64,000 nt of DNA from Octopus sinensis (taxonomy: Eukaryota), in assembly GCF_006345805.1 (NCBI RefSeq), contig NC_042997.1:68572001-68636000 (forward strand), in the 5' to 3' direction. The notes beneath the pieces were generated by a model. It had not been told where the DNA came from, did no database searches, and worked only from the letters and a program-made list of their open reading frames with translations. Position numbers and translations under genes: made by a program. Numbering within the stretch: the first letter of the stretch is position 1; the number at the start of each line of letters is the position of its first letter. Positions 37,533-52,200 of this stretch are shown one piece after another.

Positions 37533-38331
37533 ATGGGGCGATAGGTAAGCTGTCACCATTTTATACTTTTAATTTTGCTTTGTTTGTTTATGATTTTCTC
37601 AACTACACAGTATAGAAGGGTCAATTGGACACCGTCTATAAGAACAACAACTCTATGACGCAATTCACTCAGCGAAAAATTCGGAAACAAGATGCTGTAC
37701 TGCTTGGCATTTGCGCTGGAATTTCCAATACGAATATTTCAGAGTGTTTGTGTGTCAATCCTGGGACATGTAACGAGAGTGATATAAGTCAGACATCCCG
37801 TTAACATCATAGTGTTTGGATTGATGCCACAATTCATCTTCGCACATGGCCTCAGACTCAACACGGAGGTGTACATCAAGTGCCTGGAGGAGATAATACT
37901 GCCTTGGTTCAAGAGGGTGGCTGCTGGAAGACCCAGGAGAACCCAGTCATGGCTGTCAGATATCTTGCGCGACCACATCACTCGTAACGTCTGATCGCCT
38001 AACTCGCCATACTGCAGCCATCTTGTTATTATATGTGGGCGCAGGCGAGCGAGAGAGCAATAAAATTGCTTGTAACACCAAAGCTGAACAGAAGGTAAGG
38101 ATTATGACAGCATTCACCAACTTAAACAAAGAGATCGTCCAGAAGAGTTGTAGGAGATTCCGAAGTCGTCTGGGGGCCGTGGTTGAAGCCAATGGCGATT
38201 TTATTGAAGAGATTTATTCTTTGTTATTTCAAGGTACTTTTATGTAATTTAGGTAAATATATGTTTTAAAATGAGATGTCAGTGTTATTTTCATTTTTGC
38301 GTAATTTAGAGGCCAATATATTCACTGCACC

Positions 38332-38334
<3 letters not shown>
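37533..38334 (+). mobile_element. internally deleted DD37D (maT) Tc1/mariner element, copy 1
   Basis: MPQFIFAHGLRLNTEVYIKCLEEIILPWFKRVAAGR and a C-terminus ..CRRFRSRLGAVVEANGDFIE. Right end ..CACCCTG-TA. Homologous to 46134-47013. Confidence 0.82.
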
Positions 38335-38400
<66 letters not shown>

Positions 38401-38696
38401 GTGTGTGTGTATGTAACCTATGGCTACTCTAACATTTATGTTTCTACAACTGGCCTCGTAGACAGTAAGATGTTATAAATGCACCCTGTCATCAAACTTA
38501 TTTAAAGTACAATGAGGAGAAACAGATCTTCCTGATACGCCATGCATAATAATTGACATCAAATTCCCTGTAAATGCTTGAAAGCGTAGCCAAAGCAATT
38601 TAATCCGTTATTAGTCGTATCTTCTTAATCTGCTGATGATGTATAGAAACAAACCGTGTCACAGATTATTGTAATTCAGTTTGCTTTATATATATA

Positions 38697-39753
38697 CTAG
38701 CATTATGACCCGTCGTTGCCGGGTCATAGTGCTAGTGCATGTATATATGTGTATATATATGTGTACATCTTGCATGTACATCTATATACATACATCTACA
38801 CATAAAATACAAAATACAAAGTTATATCTTGATATCGCTAGTGATAACAATACTCATAATATATAACAGACTGGAATTGTAAGCCCGTCTCTTGCAATTT
38901 CGATCAATTGTATCTTGTCCTCAGTCTTGAATAGAGGTGTGGCTACAATCCAGCCTACCTCTACTGCTGGTGGGGGGGGGGGCATTTTCAATTTTTATCC
39001 GGGACGTCCTACGTCCCAGATAAACTACACAACCAATTTCATTCAAATTTTACACATGCCTTACTTAGGGTCCGGGGAGTGTCATCGGCAAAAGATTTTT
39101 TAAACTTTTACTGTCTACGAGGCCAGTGAAAGCAAGCTCCGTTGACTCGAACCTTGCTTCTATTGTGGCGAATTTACTGCCTCTAGTTAGATATCTTTCA
39201 TAGTCGCACCAAGAGACTTTTCGATGGTGCTTTCCTCCAGGTGTTCAAATCTTTTTTCTCTACATTGTATACTTTATAGACAATAGTCTTTTCTTTAATT
39301 TAATTTTTTATTATCCATCTGGACTGTTCCATTTCTGCACGCTAATTTTATTTTTAATTTATTTCCATTCATGTGAAACCACTTATACAAGTTCAAGTCA
39401 TTGATGCAATTTTATACCAATTGCTATTTTTACTTTTGTTATGTTACGATTATATTATATAATTCAATTGTTATTATTATTTTTATTGTTAAAGTGAAAG
39501 CATCTGACATAAAATAGAGAAATGTTTTTGTTTCACTTTTAACACGTAATACTGAAATCGTGGAGAAGATATGATATTGCTATGGGCTCGCTCTAGGCAA
39601 GAAGTTGAACATTTCTTTTGCCCATGAAACTACATGGACTCTAAGTAAGGCATGTGTAAAATTTGAATGAAATTAGTTGTGTAGTTCTCAAGTTTTAGGG
39701 AAACACACAGACAGACAGACAGACACACATTCTGAGTTTTATATATAGAGAGA
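38697..39753 (-). mobile_element. non-autonomous Helitron, longer subfamily (~1.05 kb)
   Basis: Plus strand starts TA|CTAG..GACCCGTCGTTGCCGGGTC (subterminal hairpin) and ends ACAGACAGACACAC..TTTTATATATAGAGAGA|T, i.e. TC..CTAG on the minus strand. Confidence 0.75.
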
Positions 39754-40479
39754 TATCTAAAATGTCATTTCATCTTAATTCTAGGAAGGATCTAACACTA
39801 ACAGTATTAATTAAACTACAAAAAAGAAACCACATTTACCCTATGTACAAAAAACAGTATCGTAAATAAAGAATTCTATAAGTAAACTTATAACTAACAC
39901 CTAAATTATCTAACTAAATAACAACCTAGCACTTCAAGTCCATACAGATAATATTCCATAAGTCTTCCATAGTTATTAATATAAAAGTGAAGGCTTTTAT
40001 ATTCTATTCTTTCAAAGCAAAACAAGCTGGTTTGAACTTAACTATTTAACTAGTAATATAACTAATTCTAAGTGAATTACGCTATTTTATAACCTAAAAG
40101 TCAATAATTAAAACACTCCATACGTATTAAATTTTCGTTATGCTTACAAGCTTTAACTTTAAACTTATACCAGTAATGTAATAGATAATACTAAAATATA
40201 CTTATTAAATCAGAAACTAATAAAAGAATACTTATAATTAACAAGTATTATTAAAAACTTTGTTACGATTAATGCTAAATATGCAACTCTTTAAAAGATA
40301 ATATAAAATATAAAGTATTACCACTTATATGTTACTGGGATACACGAGGTTGAAGTCAACTATTTTCTCAAAAGACTAACTATTTGGTGGTGTGGTGCGT
40401 AGTTCACTTTCTTAAATGTCTTTAAGTATTTTGGTGAGGTAGTATGCAATTAGAGAGACTTGTAAACTGTCCAGATATG

Positions 40480-41830
40480 GACAACCTACAATCCAAATCA
40501 TTAGACGTTTCGTTTACAAATATTTACTAAGTTGAAAGCTAGATATTACACCTTATTTATTTAAAATTTCCAGTCTCTCACCTAAACAGTGATTAAACGT
40601 TTTAGCTAATTTACCATATCTATAACCTTGCTTTACTAAATGTCTTAACAGTTTATTTACTCTTTCCAAAAATTTATTAGCATTACTAATAATGGTACTA
40701 TATCTCACAATTTGCCCTGCAAAAACACCATAACCAATAAAAGGAGGAATTATATTACTGAATCATGGGATTGAAGCTAACTGGAAACAAAAATCGTCTG
40801 TTTTAGTATATCAGTACATATCACATTATCATCCTTAATTACTAAACTGACGTCTAAAAAATTAATATTTTTTTTATATTAATACCATTTCTGGTGGACT
40901 TTAGCTCACTAGGACATATTTTTATAAGTAAAAATTCAAAGAAACCATCATTAGGTTTAAATATATCATATATATATATATCTGCAGCATCCATGAAATT
41001 GTTTAAGCAAACCAAAACTTTTTTCCTCACACATAGGTCTTTAAGAAAAAGGAACACGCATGAAGAAAGATTAAGGTCCGCCAATAGAGGGTTACAATTG
41101 CCACCTATTAGAATTCCCAGAAACTGCTCAAAAACCCTACCCGAAACACTATAAACATACCTTCTCTTTCATCTTTCTTTAATTTATATCAGTATATCCT
41201 ATATAACATCAATTAGACAAGAAACCTTTTTACCATTCTTTATAGGTATACACTAATATTCTAAGTTAAATATAATATCTAATATACTAAAAATACCTTC
41301 TTCTACACATTTAAGATTTAAGCTTGTGTATAGCGTCGAAAAATCGTACGCACATACTCTTAACATTCTTGCATTTAATCAGTCTATTCAGAAATTCCTT
41401 AGTTAATTAATTCCCAAACTGTCATAAATTTTATCACAATATTTTTAAAGTATCATTAACCAATATAGATAGCTGTTTATTTGTACAATTACTAGCTCCT
41501 GCTATGAATCTACCTATAAAAGGAACTTTAAGCAGTTTAGGAATACCAAAACGTTTAGGGATATTTTTATACTTTTCTTCCACTTCTAAACCGGCCAGTC
41601 TTTCTACTGTGGGTATAAGTCTATTAACTAACTTATTAACATTTTCTGGTATAACTCTGTATAAAGTTAAATTCTTTATCTACTCCTAACTCCTCATCTA
41701 CAACCATCATATAAAATGTCTTACAAATTACAACAAAATTCCCTGCTGCTTTATCCGCTGGCACTATTACATACTTTTTATGTAATTCATTTATATACTC
41801 TTTAACTAGTTGTTTATTCAAAACTGAATT
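40480..41830 (-). mobile_element. Penelope-like element reverse transcriptase remnant, 5'-truncated at (TA)n
   Basis: Minus strand: [19 protein letters not shown]; YDFSTLYTSL (~41320-41348); LGILIGGNCNPLLADL (~41072-41120); RYI-(TA slippage)-YDI; DDFCFQLASIP; GYGVFAGQIVRY. Multiple frameshifts. Confidence 0.88.
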
Positions 41831-41897
41831 TATATATATATATATATTATATATATATATTATATATATATATATTATATATATATATATATATAAT

Positions 41898-41928
<31 letters not shown>

Positions 41929-41956
41929 GTATATATATGTATAATATATATATATG

Positions 41957-42008
<52 letters not shown>

Positions 42009-42140
42009 ATATATATATATCTATATATATGTATATATATAAAGATATATATGTATATATATGTATATATATATATATACATATATTTATATATATGTGT
42101 GTGTGTGTGTGTGCGTGTGTGCGTATATATGTGTGTGTAT
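41831..42140. repeat. (TA)n/(TG)n tract
   Basis: Seen directly. Confidence 0.95.
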
Positions 42141-42739
42141 TCAAAATATGCATACATATGGTACTTTTTGTTTTATCGAGATGTGAGTAGGCGTTTAAGC
42201 AATTCAAAACCTTTTAATTTGTAAATCTTACATAGAACTAAAGGGAGAAAGAGAAAATGAGGGAGGAGTAAGGAGTAAGCAGAAACAATGTTGTCTATGG
42301 TAAACATGTTGATATAACTGATAATATCTTTTGCAACCGATACTTCGTTTACAAGATAGAGATAAGAAATATGAAAACAAAACTTATTCATAAATAACCA
42401 GCTAAATATGTAAATCACAGTTACAATCATATTGCATCTGTGTATTTTTAATTGGACTATTTTTATAATTTTTCTTACATTTTTATACAATGTAATCCTT
42501 TTTTGTCTTGAAGAGGACTATTCAATTATAACGTGATTCTGGTTTCTCTCTCTCCCTGAAAATGCATAATAAAAATAGAAATATAAAAGACAGCTAAATA
42601 TATATAAAAATGATTAACAAAACAAATAAAATGCTTATATTAATAAAAAGAGGGGTGGGGGAAATAAAAGTATTCAACAAACGATTATTTAATTTCATTC
42701 ATTTAATATTTAAAAAAGTCTATTTAGGTATTTTTTTCG

Positions 42740-43240
42740 GATGATGATCCTTATTGCAGAAGTAATATGATGAAGGTACTAGTAACGGCTGATGATGATA
42801 GAGATAATATGCGATGAGGTGTTGTTAGTGGTAGTGATGATAATTGCGAGTGTGTAAATTTAAGACGATGATGAGGAATTTGTTGATGATGAAAACAAAA
42901 CTAGTTCTTGCTGATGATGATATTGACGAGAACAACAACGACAACGACGAATACAACGACGATGACGACGACGACGACGTTGTAGATGATGCTGATAATG
43001 ACGATGATGATAAAGATATTGATAAATATGATGACGATGATGTTGATCTCTTTTTATGATAACGATGAATGTGGTAATAATGATGATGATGATGATGATG
43101 ATGGCGGTGATGTTGGTGGTGACGATGAGGGGGGGGGGCTGACAATACCGCTACTGTTTTAGTAATGACTGTGGTTATACATGTAATGCATAGTGATGGC
43201 TTCTTGATGGTAGGAGTAGTGGTGGTGTTTTTGATGATAA
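42740..43240. repeat. degenerate (GAT/GAC/GGT)n low-complexity region
   Basis: Seen directly; produces the poly-Asp and poly-His pseudo-ORFs. Confidence 0.9.
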
Positions 43241-43824
43241 TGCAAGTGAAACTATTAAAAAATATTGCTATAAAATTAATTTAAAATCTTTTGACACCTG
43301 ACGAGTCAGCCTTGAAAAACATGTCTGGTTGTAATGTATCCTCTCAAATTAATTAAAGTTATATACAATTGCAATTTACCTTATACGTTATTTTTTTTCA
43401 TGTCATTTAATTGAAGTAGATTGCCGTGTAAAGTCATATGCAAAAATGTGTGACGTGGATAAGACATCACTGTGATAATACTTAAGCTTGTTAATAAGAT
43501 CTATTACACACATCTACACACATTGACGCATACACAAACACACCAAACAGACAACCATATATTTAAATACATGTACACAAACACAGTAACAAACACACAC
43601 ACACAATCTCACACGCACACACTCACGCACACATAACACACATATATACACAGATACACACGCTCAGAAACATGCACACAAGCACATCAAGAAATCACAC
43701 TCATTCGTTTAGGGACTTCTTAAATCATATTCGCGTGTCGAAGCAGGAATTATAATTATTATGCTTCAGGTGAGGATCTTAGTTTTATTTCCTTATAATT
43801 GCAATGACTTAATCTCCTTCTCTG

Positions 43825-44660
<836 letters not shown>

Positions 44661-45058
44661 CGCGCAGAATTTTATATGACAGCTTAATTATTTATGTTCA
44701 TACTGGGTATTGTTTCTCACATTCTCCGCCTTAGTTGTTGAATGTCATGTCATGCTCTCCGTACATTCCAACATTAATGCTCACGCGCACACACACGCAA
44801 ACACACACAAACACACACATGCACACATATACGTACGCCTCTCCTTCATACACACAAAAGCATTTACACACATTCAGACGGAAATTGTCACTTGTTGGTC
44901 ATAAAAGAGATCAATTCGTCACGCTTTATTTGAACTTTGTAATTTGTCAGGAAATATTTCTTGTATTTGTTTGAGCAAATTCTGGAAGAAACACGCATGC
45001 GCGTAGTTATAAAACACGCAGTATGGGAAGCCAGTCTTGACGAACTGTTTGTAGTCTA

Positions 45059-45131
<73 letters not shown>

Positions 45132-45261
45132 ATATATATATGTATTCTGAATTTTTCTGAATCTTCAGATTTTTCAATATGCTACGGCACTGGTTTTAAA
45201 TTGATATTAATCAAACTTATATTCAATTTATATATATATATATATATGAAGTTTATATATG

Positions 45262-45300
<39 letters not shown>

Positions 45301-45304
<4 letters not shown>

Positions 45305-45590
45305 GATATACGCACTAACCTGCTCTGGGTGTCATGAGCAATACGAGGCCAATCAAAACCAGTCTACGTAAAATTATGACCCTGCACAGATCCCAGATCA
45401 AAATTCCCCAAAACAGAAAAGTAGCATTCAGTTGGCTCATAGACATTTGCACCAATAACGAAAATCCAAGCTTTAGAATTTTCCCCCTCTACCAATTCAG
45501 GGACGTTACGACCTGAAGCCAAAGAATTAGTAAAGAGACTCTCTTTATTACAAATTACAGACCCCTTTTGAACGCGTCTACAACAAAGGA
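45301..45590 (+). mobile_element. Penelope-like GIY-YIG endonuclease remnant
   Basis: [14 protein letters not shown](fs)GQS(fs)[42 protein letters not shown] shows the IY-CxxC-YxG, LxxR..H, catalytic E and terminal LN hallmarks. It starts directly at a (TA)n tract. Confidence 0.85.
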
Positions 45591-45769
45591 CATATCCACT
45601 ACGGCCTTTGAATAACACAAATACACACACAAATATTAAAAATGATACTCTCAAGAGATTCCCAAGAATTATTTAAAAAAACAGTCCCAATCACTGCTAT
45701 AATCCATAACGTGCCAATTTTAAGTCATTTGAACATTTAAAACCTTACTACTTTCATACTACCTACATT

Positions 45770-45868
45770 CCTTCTTCTTCTTCTTCTTCTTCTTCTTCTT
45801 CTTCTTCTTCTTCTTCTTCTTCTTCTTCTTCTTCTTCTTCTTCTTCTTCTTCTTCTTCTTCTTCTTCT
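45770..45868. repeat. (CTT)n trinucleotide, about 33 units
   Basis: Seen directly. Confidence 0.97.
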
Positions 45869-46133
45869 CTACCAAGAATTCACTACGACCTCGAACCCAC
45901 AAGAGTAAACATGAGTGACAGAGACTAGCAGAAACAAGGAAAATGCCACTTGTATTTGAACACAATGCAAATATTCTTTTAAAAAATCCTTTTCTTTAAT
46001 TTTTCCAAAATTTAATTGCCTTCCATACGTACAGTTGGAAAAATCTCAATGACTGAAACCGGTACTGAAATGTTTTTAAAAATTTATTTAAGCATTTTCT
46101 ATCTTGACATTTTTTGCCATATATACATATATA

Positions 46134-47013
46134 CAGAGTACGATGAATATATTGGGGTCTAAATTACGCAAAATTGAAAATAAGTCTTACATCTCATTTT
46201 AACAAAACTATTTACCAAAATTATATAAAAATATCTTGAAATACGAAAGAGTAAATTTATTCAATGAAATCGCCATTCTCTTCAACCACGGCCTCCATAC
46301 GACTTCGGAATCTTCTGCAACTCTTCTGGACGGTCTGCTTTTTTAAAGTTGGTGAATGCTGCCATAATCCTTGCCTTCAATTCTTCTTTTGTGTTACAAG
46401 TCGTTTTGTAACACCTGCGCCCCACACATAACTATCAAGCGAGTTGCAGTTAGGGGAGTTAGGTGGCTAGATGTTAGAGGCGATGTGGTCCAAGAAATTG
46501 TCCAACAGCCTTGACAGGGTTCTTCTGCATGTGTGGCATGGTGCAGTGTCCTACTGCGAGACATAGGCTCTTCCAGCAGTAACCTTCTTGACCAAAAGCA
46601 GTTCTTCCTCCTGCAGGCACTTGATATAGGCGTCCATGTTGAGTCCGAGGCTGCGTGGGAACATGAATGGAGGCATAAAGTCGCCGTCAATAGTAGTCAC
46701 TCCAAATACCGTGATGTTCACTGGATGTTTGATTTTTATCACTCTCAGTACATGTTTTGGGTACAAGGCGAGACAACGGTTGTTTTGTGTGTTCACCATC
46801 TGTTCGTATTACAGCTTCCGGCGTGAATGTCAAGCAGTACATCATTTCATTTCCAAATTTCTGACAGAATGAATTGCATCATAGTGCTGTTTTTCTTACA
46901 GACGGTGCCCAACTGACCCTATTATACTGTGTGGTCGACAATATCAAAATCCAGCGATGCGCATGCGCGAAGTTAAAAATGTAAAATTGTGACAATTCAG
47001 ACATCGCAGCCTT
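46134..47013 (-). mobile_element. internally deleted DD37D (maT) element, copy 2
   Basis: KHPVNITVFGV..MPPFMF..AYVSQ*D-TAPCHTCRRTLSRLLDNFLDHIASNI*PPNSPNCNSL-D has 37 residues between the second and third Asp. Confidence 0.88.
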
Positions 47014-47038
47014 TACGTATGTGTGCGTGTGTATATAC

Positions 47039-47101
<63 letters not shown>

Positions 47102-47796
47102 AAGGAATACAAAAAATGTGACAAGAACGCAAAACATCCAGACAGATGATACAAAAAGAAAAAGGATGGGTCATTCGGAGCTTTCTTTCCTCATTTAAGT
47201 TCCAGATTATCTTTATATATATGTGTATATATATACGTAAATACACACACATATATCTTGATCTCGAACATACATGTGTTTGTTTCCAAAGTTATTTTTC
47301 ATACTTTTTACATCTTTCCAACTGCGCTAAAAAGTTGTGTTACTCTCTCTCGTTCCTCTCTCTCCCCACCCTCTCTCTCTCTCTCTCTCTTCCTTATCTG
47401 ATGCTGATACCGGTGTTGGTAGATGGATCTCATTATGATATATGATTTTTTGTTTTATTGCTATTTTCATGATTTTTTTATCCCTTCCATGCTTGACTGA
47501 AATTCTAATATTCTTGTTTGTTTTCAAAGCGATCTTTCTCATATTAATCAACCAGATTATCTCTTTTAGTGTCTGTCAATTTATGATATTCATTTTTTTT
47601 TCTCTTTTCGACTGACACTACATCTTCTCACAATCATCGGCTCAATTGTTTCCTTTACTGCTATCTTCCAAACTATCATCCTTCCAAATCAGTGAGTGGT
47701 ACTCCTACGCATTCACTTCTTTTTGAAGATATCCACCAACTCTCTGTCTGTCTCTCTCAAAAGCTCCATTGTAATCTATATGTATATACTGGTTTA

Positions 47797-48675
47797 AAAT
47801 TTTGGCACAAGGCCAGCAATTTAGGGGGAGGGTTCAGTCAGTTATATCTACCTCAGTACCTTGTATTTCGAACACGAACATATGAAAAGCAAAATCGACC
47901 CCAGCGGAATTTGAACAGAGAACGTAAAGATTACGAAATGCCGCAAAGCAAAGTGATTGGAACCCATGTTTTAAAGTGACAAATAGATATATCGTAAGAA
48001 ACTTTGTACGGCTTTATACAGATTCTGACATACAACACTGTGGTAATAACTCGGGATTTGACCCTCTATTTTGTGGAAACGTATAATTTATGAGATTGAT
48101 TTCAGTATCTAATTGGTACTTATCAAGGCTATGATTCTAATAACGTAGTTAATAATCATTTCTACTATAGGCACAAGGTCTGAAATTTTGTGGGTATAGG
48201 CTAGTCGAATTCATCGCTCCCAGTGCTCAACTGATACTTATTTCATCGACCCCGAAAGAATGAAAGGAAAAGTTGACCTCGGCGGTGTTTGAACTCAGAA
48301 CGTAAAGACGGATGAAATGCTGCTAAGAATTTAGCCCGGCACGGAAACGATTCTACCATCTCGCCGCCTTAATAAAGAAATTAGTAATAGTAACAACAAT
48401 CAAAATCGTCATATTTCGCCACAATTTTTGCTAAGTAATATTTATACACAAAAGGATTATAAAAAGGAAGAAAAAAACATATGCAAGTAATTTCCTTTCT
48501 ACTATGCGTAAAAAAGTCTGTGATTTTGAGGGGATGGGTTAGTCGATTACATTAATACCAGTGCTTATCTGGCCTATATTTATCGATCCTGAAAGTATGA
48601 TTGGCAAAGTCGACCCCGGCACAGAATGTCACTAAACATTTTCATCCGGCTTGCTAACAACTGCCTGCTCGCCGC
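47797..48675 (-). mobile_element. three family A SINE monomers (47797-47950, 48160-48369, 48495-48675)
   Basis: Head, core and tail motifs in each. Confidence 0.75.
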
Positions 48676-49225
48676 ATTTTTGTACAGAAAATTATTAGCA
48701 ATAATTATATTGCTATTCAGCTTATTAAGAATGTATGTGTCACTTCTAATTGGCTTTGCTTTTCATACGAAAATTAGAAAAAAAACCCACTGAATTATAT
48801 TTTAATAGGATTATTTCAATAATCCCTTTTGCGATTTTACATTTTTCGTTATATCACACTTAAATTTTGATTTATCAAGATATCATTCGATACATTGCCT
48901 TATTTGATATTTGCTTTCTATCTCCTCACTCTTTTCTTTATTTGGCATTTTCTGTGTATTTTTATTGATTTATATATCAATCTGTCTATCTTTCTATGTG
49001 TCTATATCAGTTTATCTATGTACGCATCCAGCTATCGATCAATCCATTAATTAATTAAATATTCAGTCAATAAATCACTCACTCAATCATTTAATCAATC
49101 GATCCTCCTTCTTTTCTTTCTTTATTCACCTGTTTATCTGACTGTCTCTGTCTCTGTCTCATAATCTGAGTCAGCGTGAAGAGAAAAGGTGAAACATTAC
49201 AACAACAATGATAGGGAGTATTGTA

Positions 49226-50485
49226 TAGGGTTATCAAGAACGTAATTTCGTATTTTTAGTGTGAAATAAAAGTCATTTTGTTTCATTCAAAGAATGAACT
49301 TCGATCAATTATATATTTTCCGTTTTGTTCGATGACCTTTTGCTATCTTTCGGGCAACTCCATGATTACGCGTTCAAAGAACTTCTGGTCCTTATCAGCC
49401 AAAAACTGAAGCATGTGCGATTTCAGGTTTTGATTATTATTGAAAGTTTTACCATTCAAAGAATTTTGCAAACTTCGAAATAAATGGTAATCTGATGGTG
49501 CAAGGTCAGGGCTATATGGTGGATGTGACATCACTTCCCAGTCAAGCTCCAATAAATTTTGTGACTTAGAAAAGACTTGTGTGGTCTAGCGTTGTCATGG
49601 TGGAACACGATTATCTACGATTTGCCAATTCTGGCCGTTTTGCGTTGATTGCTTCCTCCAGTTTCATCAATTGTTGATAGTAAACATCTGGATTGACCGT
49701 TTTGTTTTGTTCCTTGGAAGCAGTTCAAAATACACAACACATTTGTAATCCCACCTAATTGACAGCATGACCTTTTTTGATGCAATTCAGCTTTCTATGT
49801 GTTTAAGCTGGTTCATTACGCTTGGACCATGATCGTTTTCGATTGAAGTTTTTGTAGACAACCTATTTTGCATCTATGTTTCAAAACAAAGTCGATTTCA
49901 TTGCGTGTGAGACGCATATCGAAAATATTGATTCATTGAGTTAAGTGAATCTTTTTTATCTATGTGGAACCCAGATATCTTAACGAGTCCAAGTCATTTT
50001 AAGTGATTTTCAATTGTTTTGTGTGATACATTTGACCTCTATGCAATCTCTCACACAGTAATATGACAGATTCAATTATGATTTTCATTCGGTCATCGTT
50101 GTTTTCAGTAAGTCGATCAGAACGTTGGTCATCTTTGAGTGAAAAATCTCCAGAATGGAAATTTTAAAACCATTTCTGACATGGGCGTTCTGTTAAGCAG
50201 CCAAAACCATGAATTTTCCATATCTCTTTTTGAGCCTCTGCAGCTTTCTTGCCTTCACAGAAATAAAAAGCAAGATATGGCGAAAATGTTCGTTTTTGCA
50301 CTCCATGTTAAAATTGACACTGAACTAACAGCTGTAAACAAAATTACACACAATTTGCTTCTAAAGTAAGCTAAAAGTAACAGCTATCAAATGTCAAAAG
50401 GAAGAAATCATAACATTGACAAAAGTCATTCCAAAAAATCGTAACTGTACTTGCGAAAAACGAAATCACTTTCTTGCCAACCCAA
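49226..50485 (-). mobile_element. near full-length mariner element, mellifera-like, defective
   Basis: TIRs TAGGGTTATCAAGAACGTAATTTCG and CGAAATCACTTTCTTGCCAACCCAA with TA flanks. Start MECKNEHFRHILLF at 50306; HHDNARPH; WEVMSHPPYSPDLAPSDYHLFRSLQNSLNGKTF. Confidence 0.93.
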
Positions 50486-50712
50486 TATGTCAACAGTTGT
50501 GCTACTAACTTGCATAATTAAGTTCAAATAAATCATGTAACTACATCAACGTGTTATCTTAAACTTTTTAAGAATGCTCCAAATATTGCGGATTGAACTC
50601 TACATAAAAGGGAATAATGTCCATGGTAAATAGTAGTACATATGTATATACCTATGTGTGCGTGTATGCATGTGTATGTGTTTATGCATACACAAACACA
50701 CACACATATATC

Positions 50713-51226
50713 TTACATGGAAAATGCGAGCATGAAAAGTAATATTCTTAAGATTATAGACCTGGAAAAGTATAGGATAAATTATTTCACCTGTAAAAGT
50801 ACAGGACAAGCTATTACTTCTAGTAAACTAAAGAATAAGAAACTTTTTACTTAAAATATTACAGCAAAGAATGCCAGTTCTTCTAATTTATTACTCTTTA
50901 CAGCTCTCATCTTTTAAATGTATTGTACAAAACTGTTCAGCTAATTTGTAAATTTGTCTAATCAGTCAATTTTTTCTGTATTTAAAGTAGTAAATTAGTC
51001 AAATTCTATTTAGATAAGTATAGTGTTATTTGTAAACTATAATAAAATAACTTTTAATATTCAAATTTTAATTTTAGCTTCAATATTTTAAGTAAAAGTT
51101 TCTTATCCTTTACTTTACTAGAAGTAATAGTTTGTCCTATACTTTTACATGTGTAATAACTTCTGTACTTTTCCAGGTTTATAATCTTAAGAATATGACT
51201 TTTGATGCACGCATTTTTTCATGTAA
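50713..51226. mobile_element. MITE-like foldback with ~145 bp inverted arms
   Basis: 50713-50860 is the approximate reverse complement of 51082-51226; AT-rich non-coding interior. Confidence 0.75.
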
Positions 51227-52094
51227 TCCATGATTTTTCCAGGCATTGCCGTTATAATATAATTAATAGTGCATCAATTAATAATTTAAGATTTTACCTT
51301 ATAAAATACCAAATGACAATATTTCAATTTTCCCATGTAAATGATGATAATATTTCATTATGTTTTGGTGTTTAATTTAAATATAAATTGTTATTGAATT
51401 ATTTGATATTACCCATCCACACCAAATTAATGGCAGTGATTTTTACCCTGTTGTTGGTTGCATCATGGTTCACCAAAATTTACAAACAACAAGATCCCAA
51501 AACTATCAGTTACCAGGCTTAAGTAACATAATTTTACAATATTAGGAGGTCACAGGAATCCATTCAACGGAAAAAAACATTCAATGATTCTGGGGTTGGA
51601 GGGAAGCCTCCCAACTCATTTTCCGAACCAAACTAAGGAATTTGCAGTATGTTAGGAGGTCAGGGTACTCGAGTCTACGCAAAGAATCATTTTTTTCTTA
51701 GAGAAATCGTGCGGGTGTCAATACAAAAATTGACCATAATACTGAAATTGACCATAATGTTGTTATTCAACCTCAAATAAACCCTGTTACTGCAAACGTA
51801 TCACCAAAGACAATCCAGCCTTCAGCAAACCGTCTTTCTAGGGATAACCTGGGACATTACATACAATGGGCATGTGATTTAGGTAGGAGGATAATTTGGT
51901 TGCTATTTTTAGCGTGTCGGGCGACCAGGTAGAGGCTCTTTCATTGGTTCGATTGCTTGATGAGAGTTTGTTTACACATGTATGTGTAATTTTGTCAAAA
52001 ACGTTAAGAATAAACCTTGTTCTATGTGACACATTCTACCAGTATCGGAAGTTTGAAAGTGTTTAGTTAGAAAAATTAATTAAATAATCTGTAA

Positions 52095-52200
52095 GTCAAA
52101 GTAGACCTCGGCGAGATTTGAACTTAAAAAGCGTAAAGACTGACGAAATATCGTTAAGTATTTTACTCAGCGCGCAAAGGTTTCTGCCAGCTGGCAGCTT
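52095..52200 (-). mobile_element. family A SINE head fragment
   Basis: GTAGACCTCGGCGAGATTTGAAC..TTCTGCCAGCT. Confidence 0.65.

Noticed and set aside
40760-40770. In-frame TGA in the PLE RT as possible selenocysteine
   Set aside because: The element is frameshifted and decayed, and no SECIS was identifiable.
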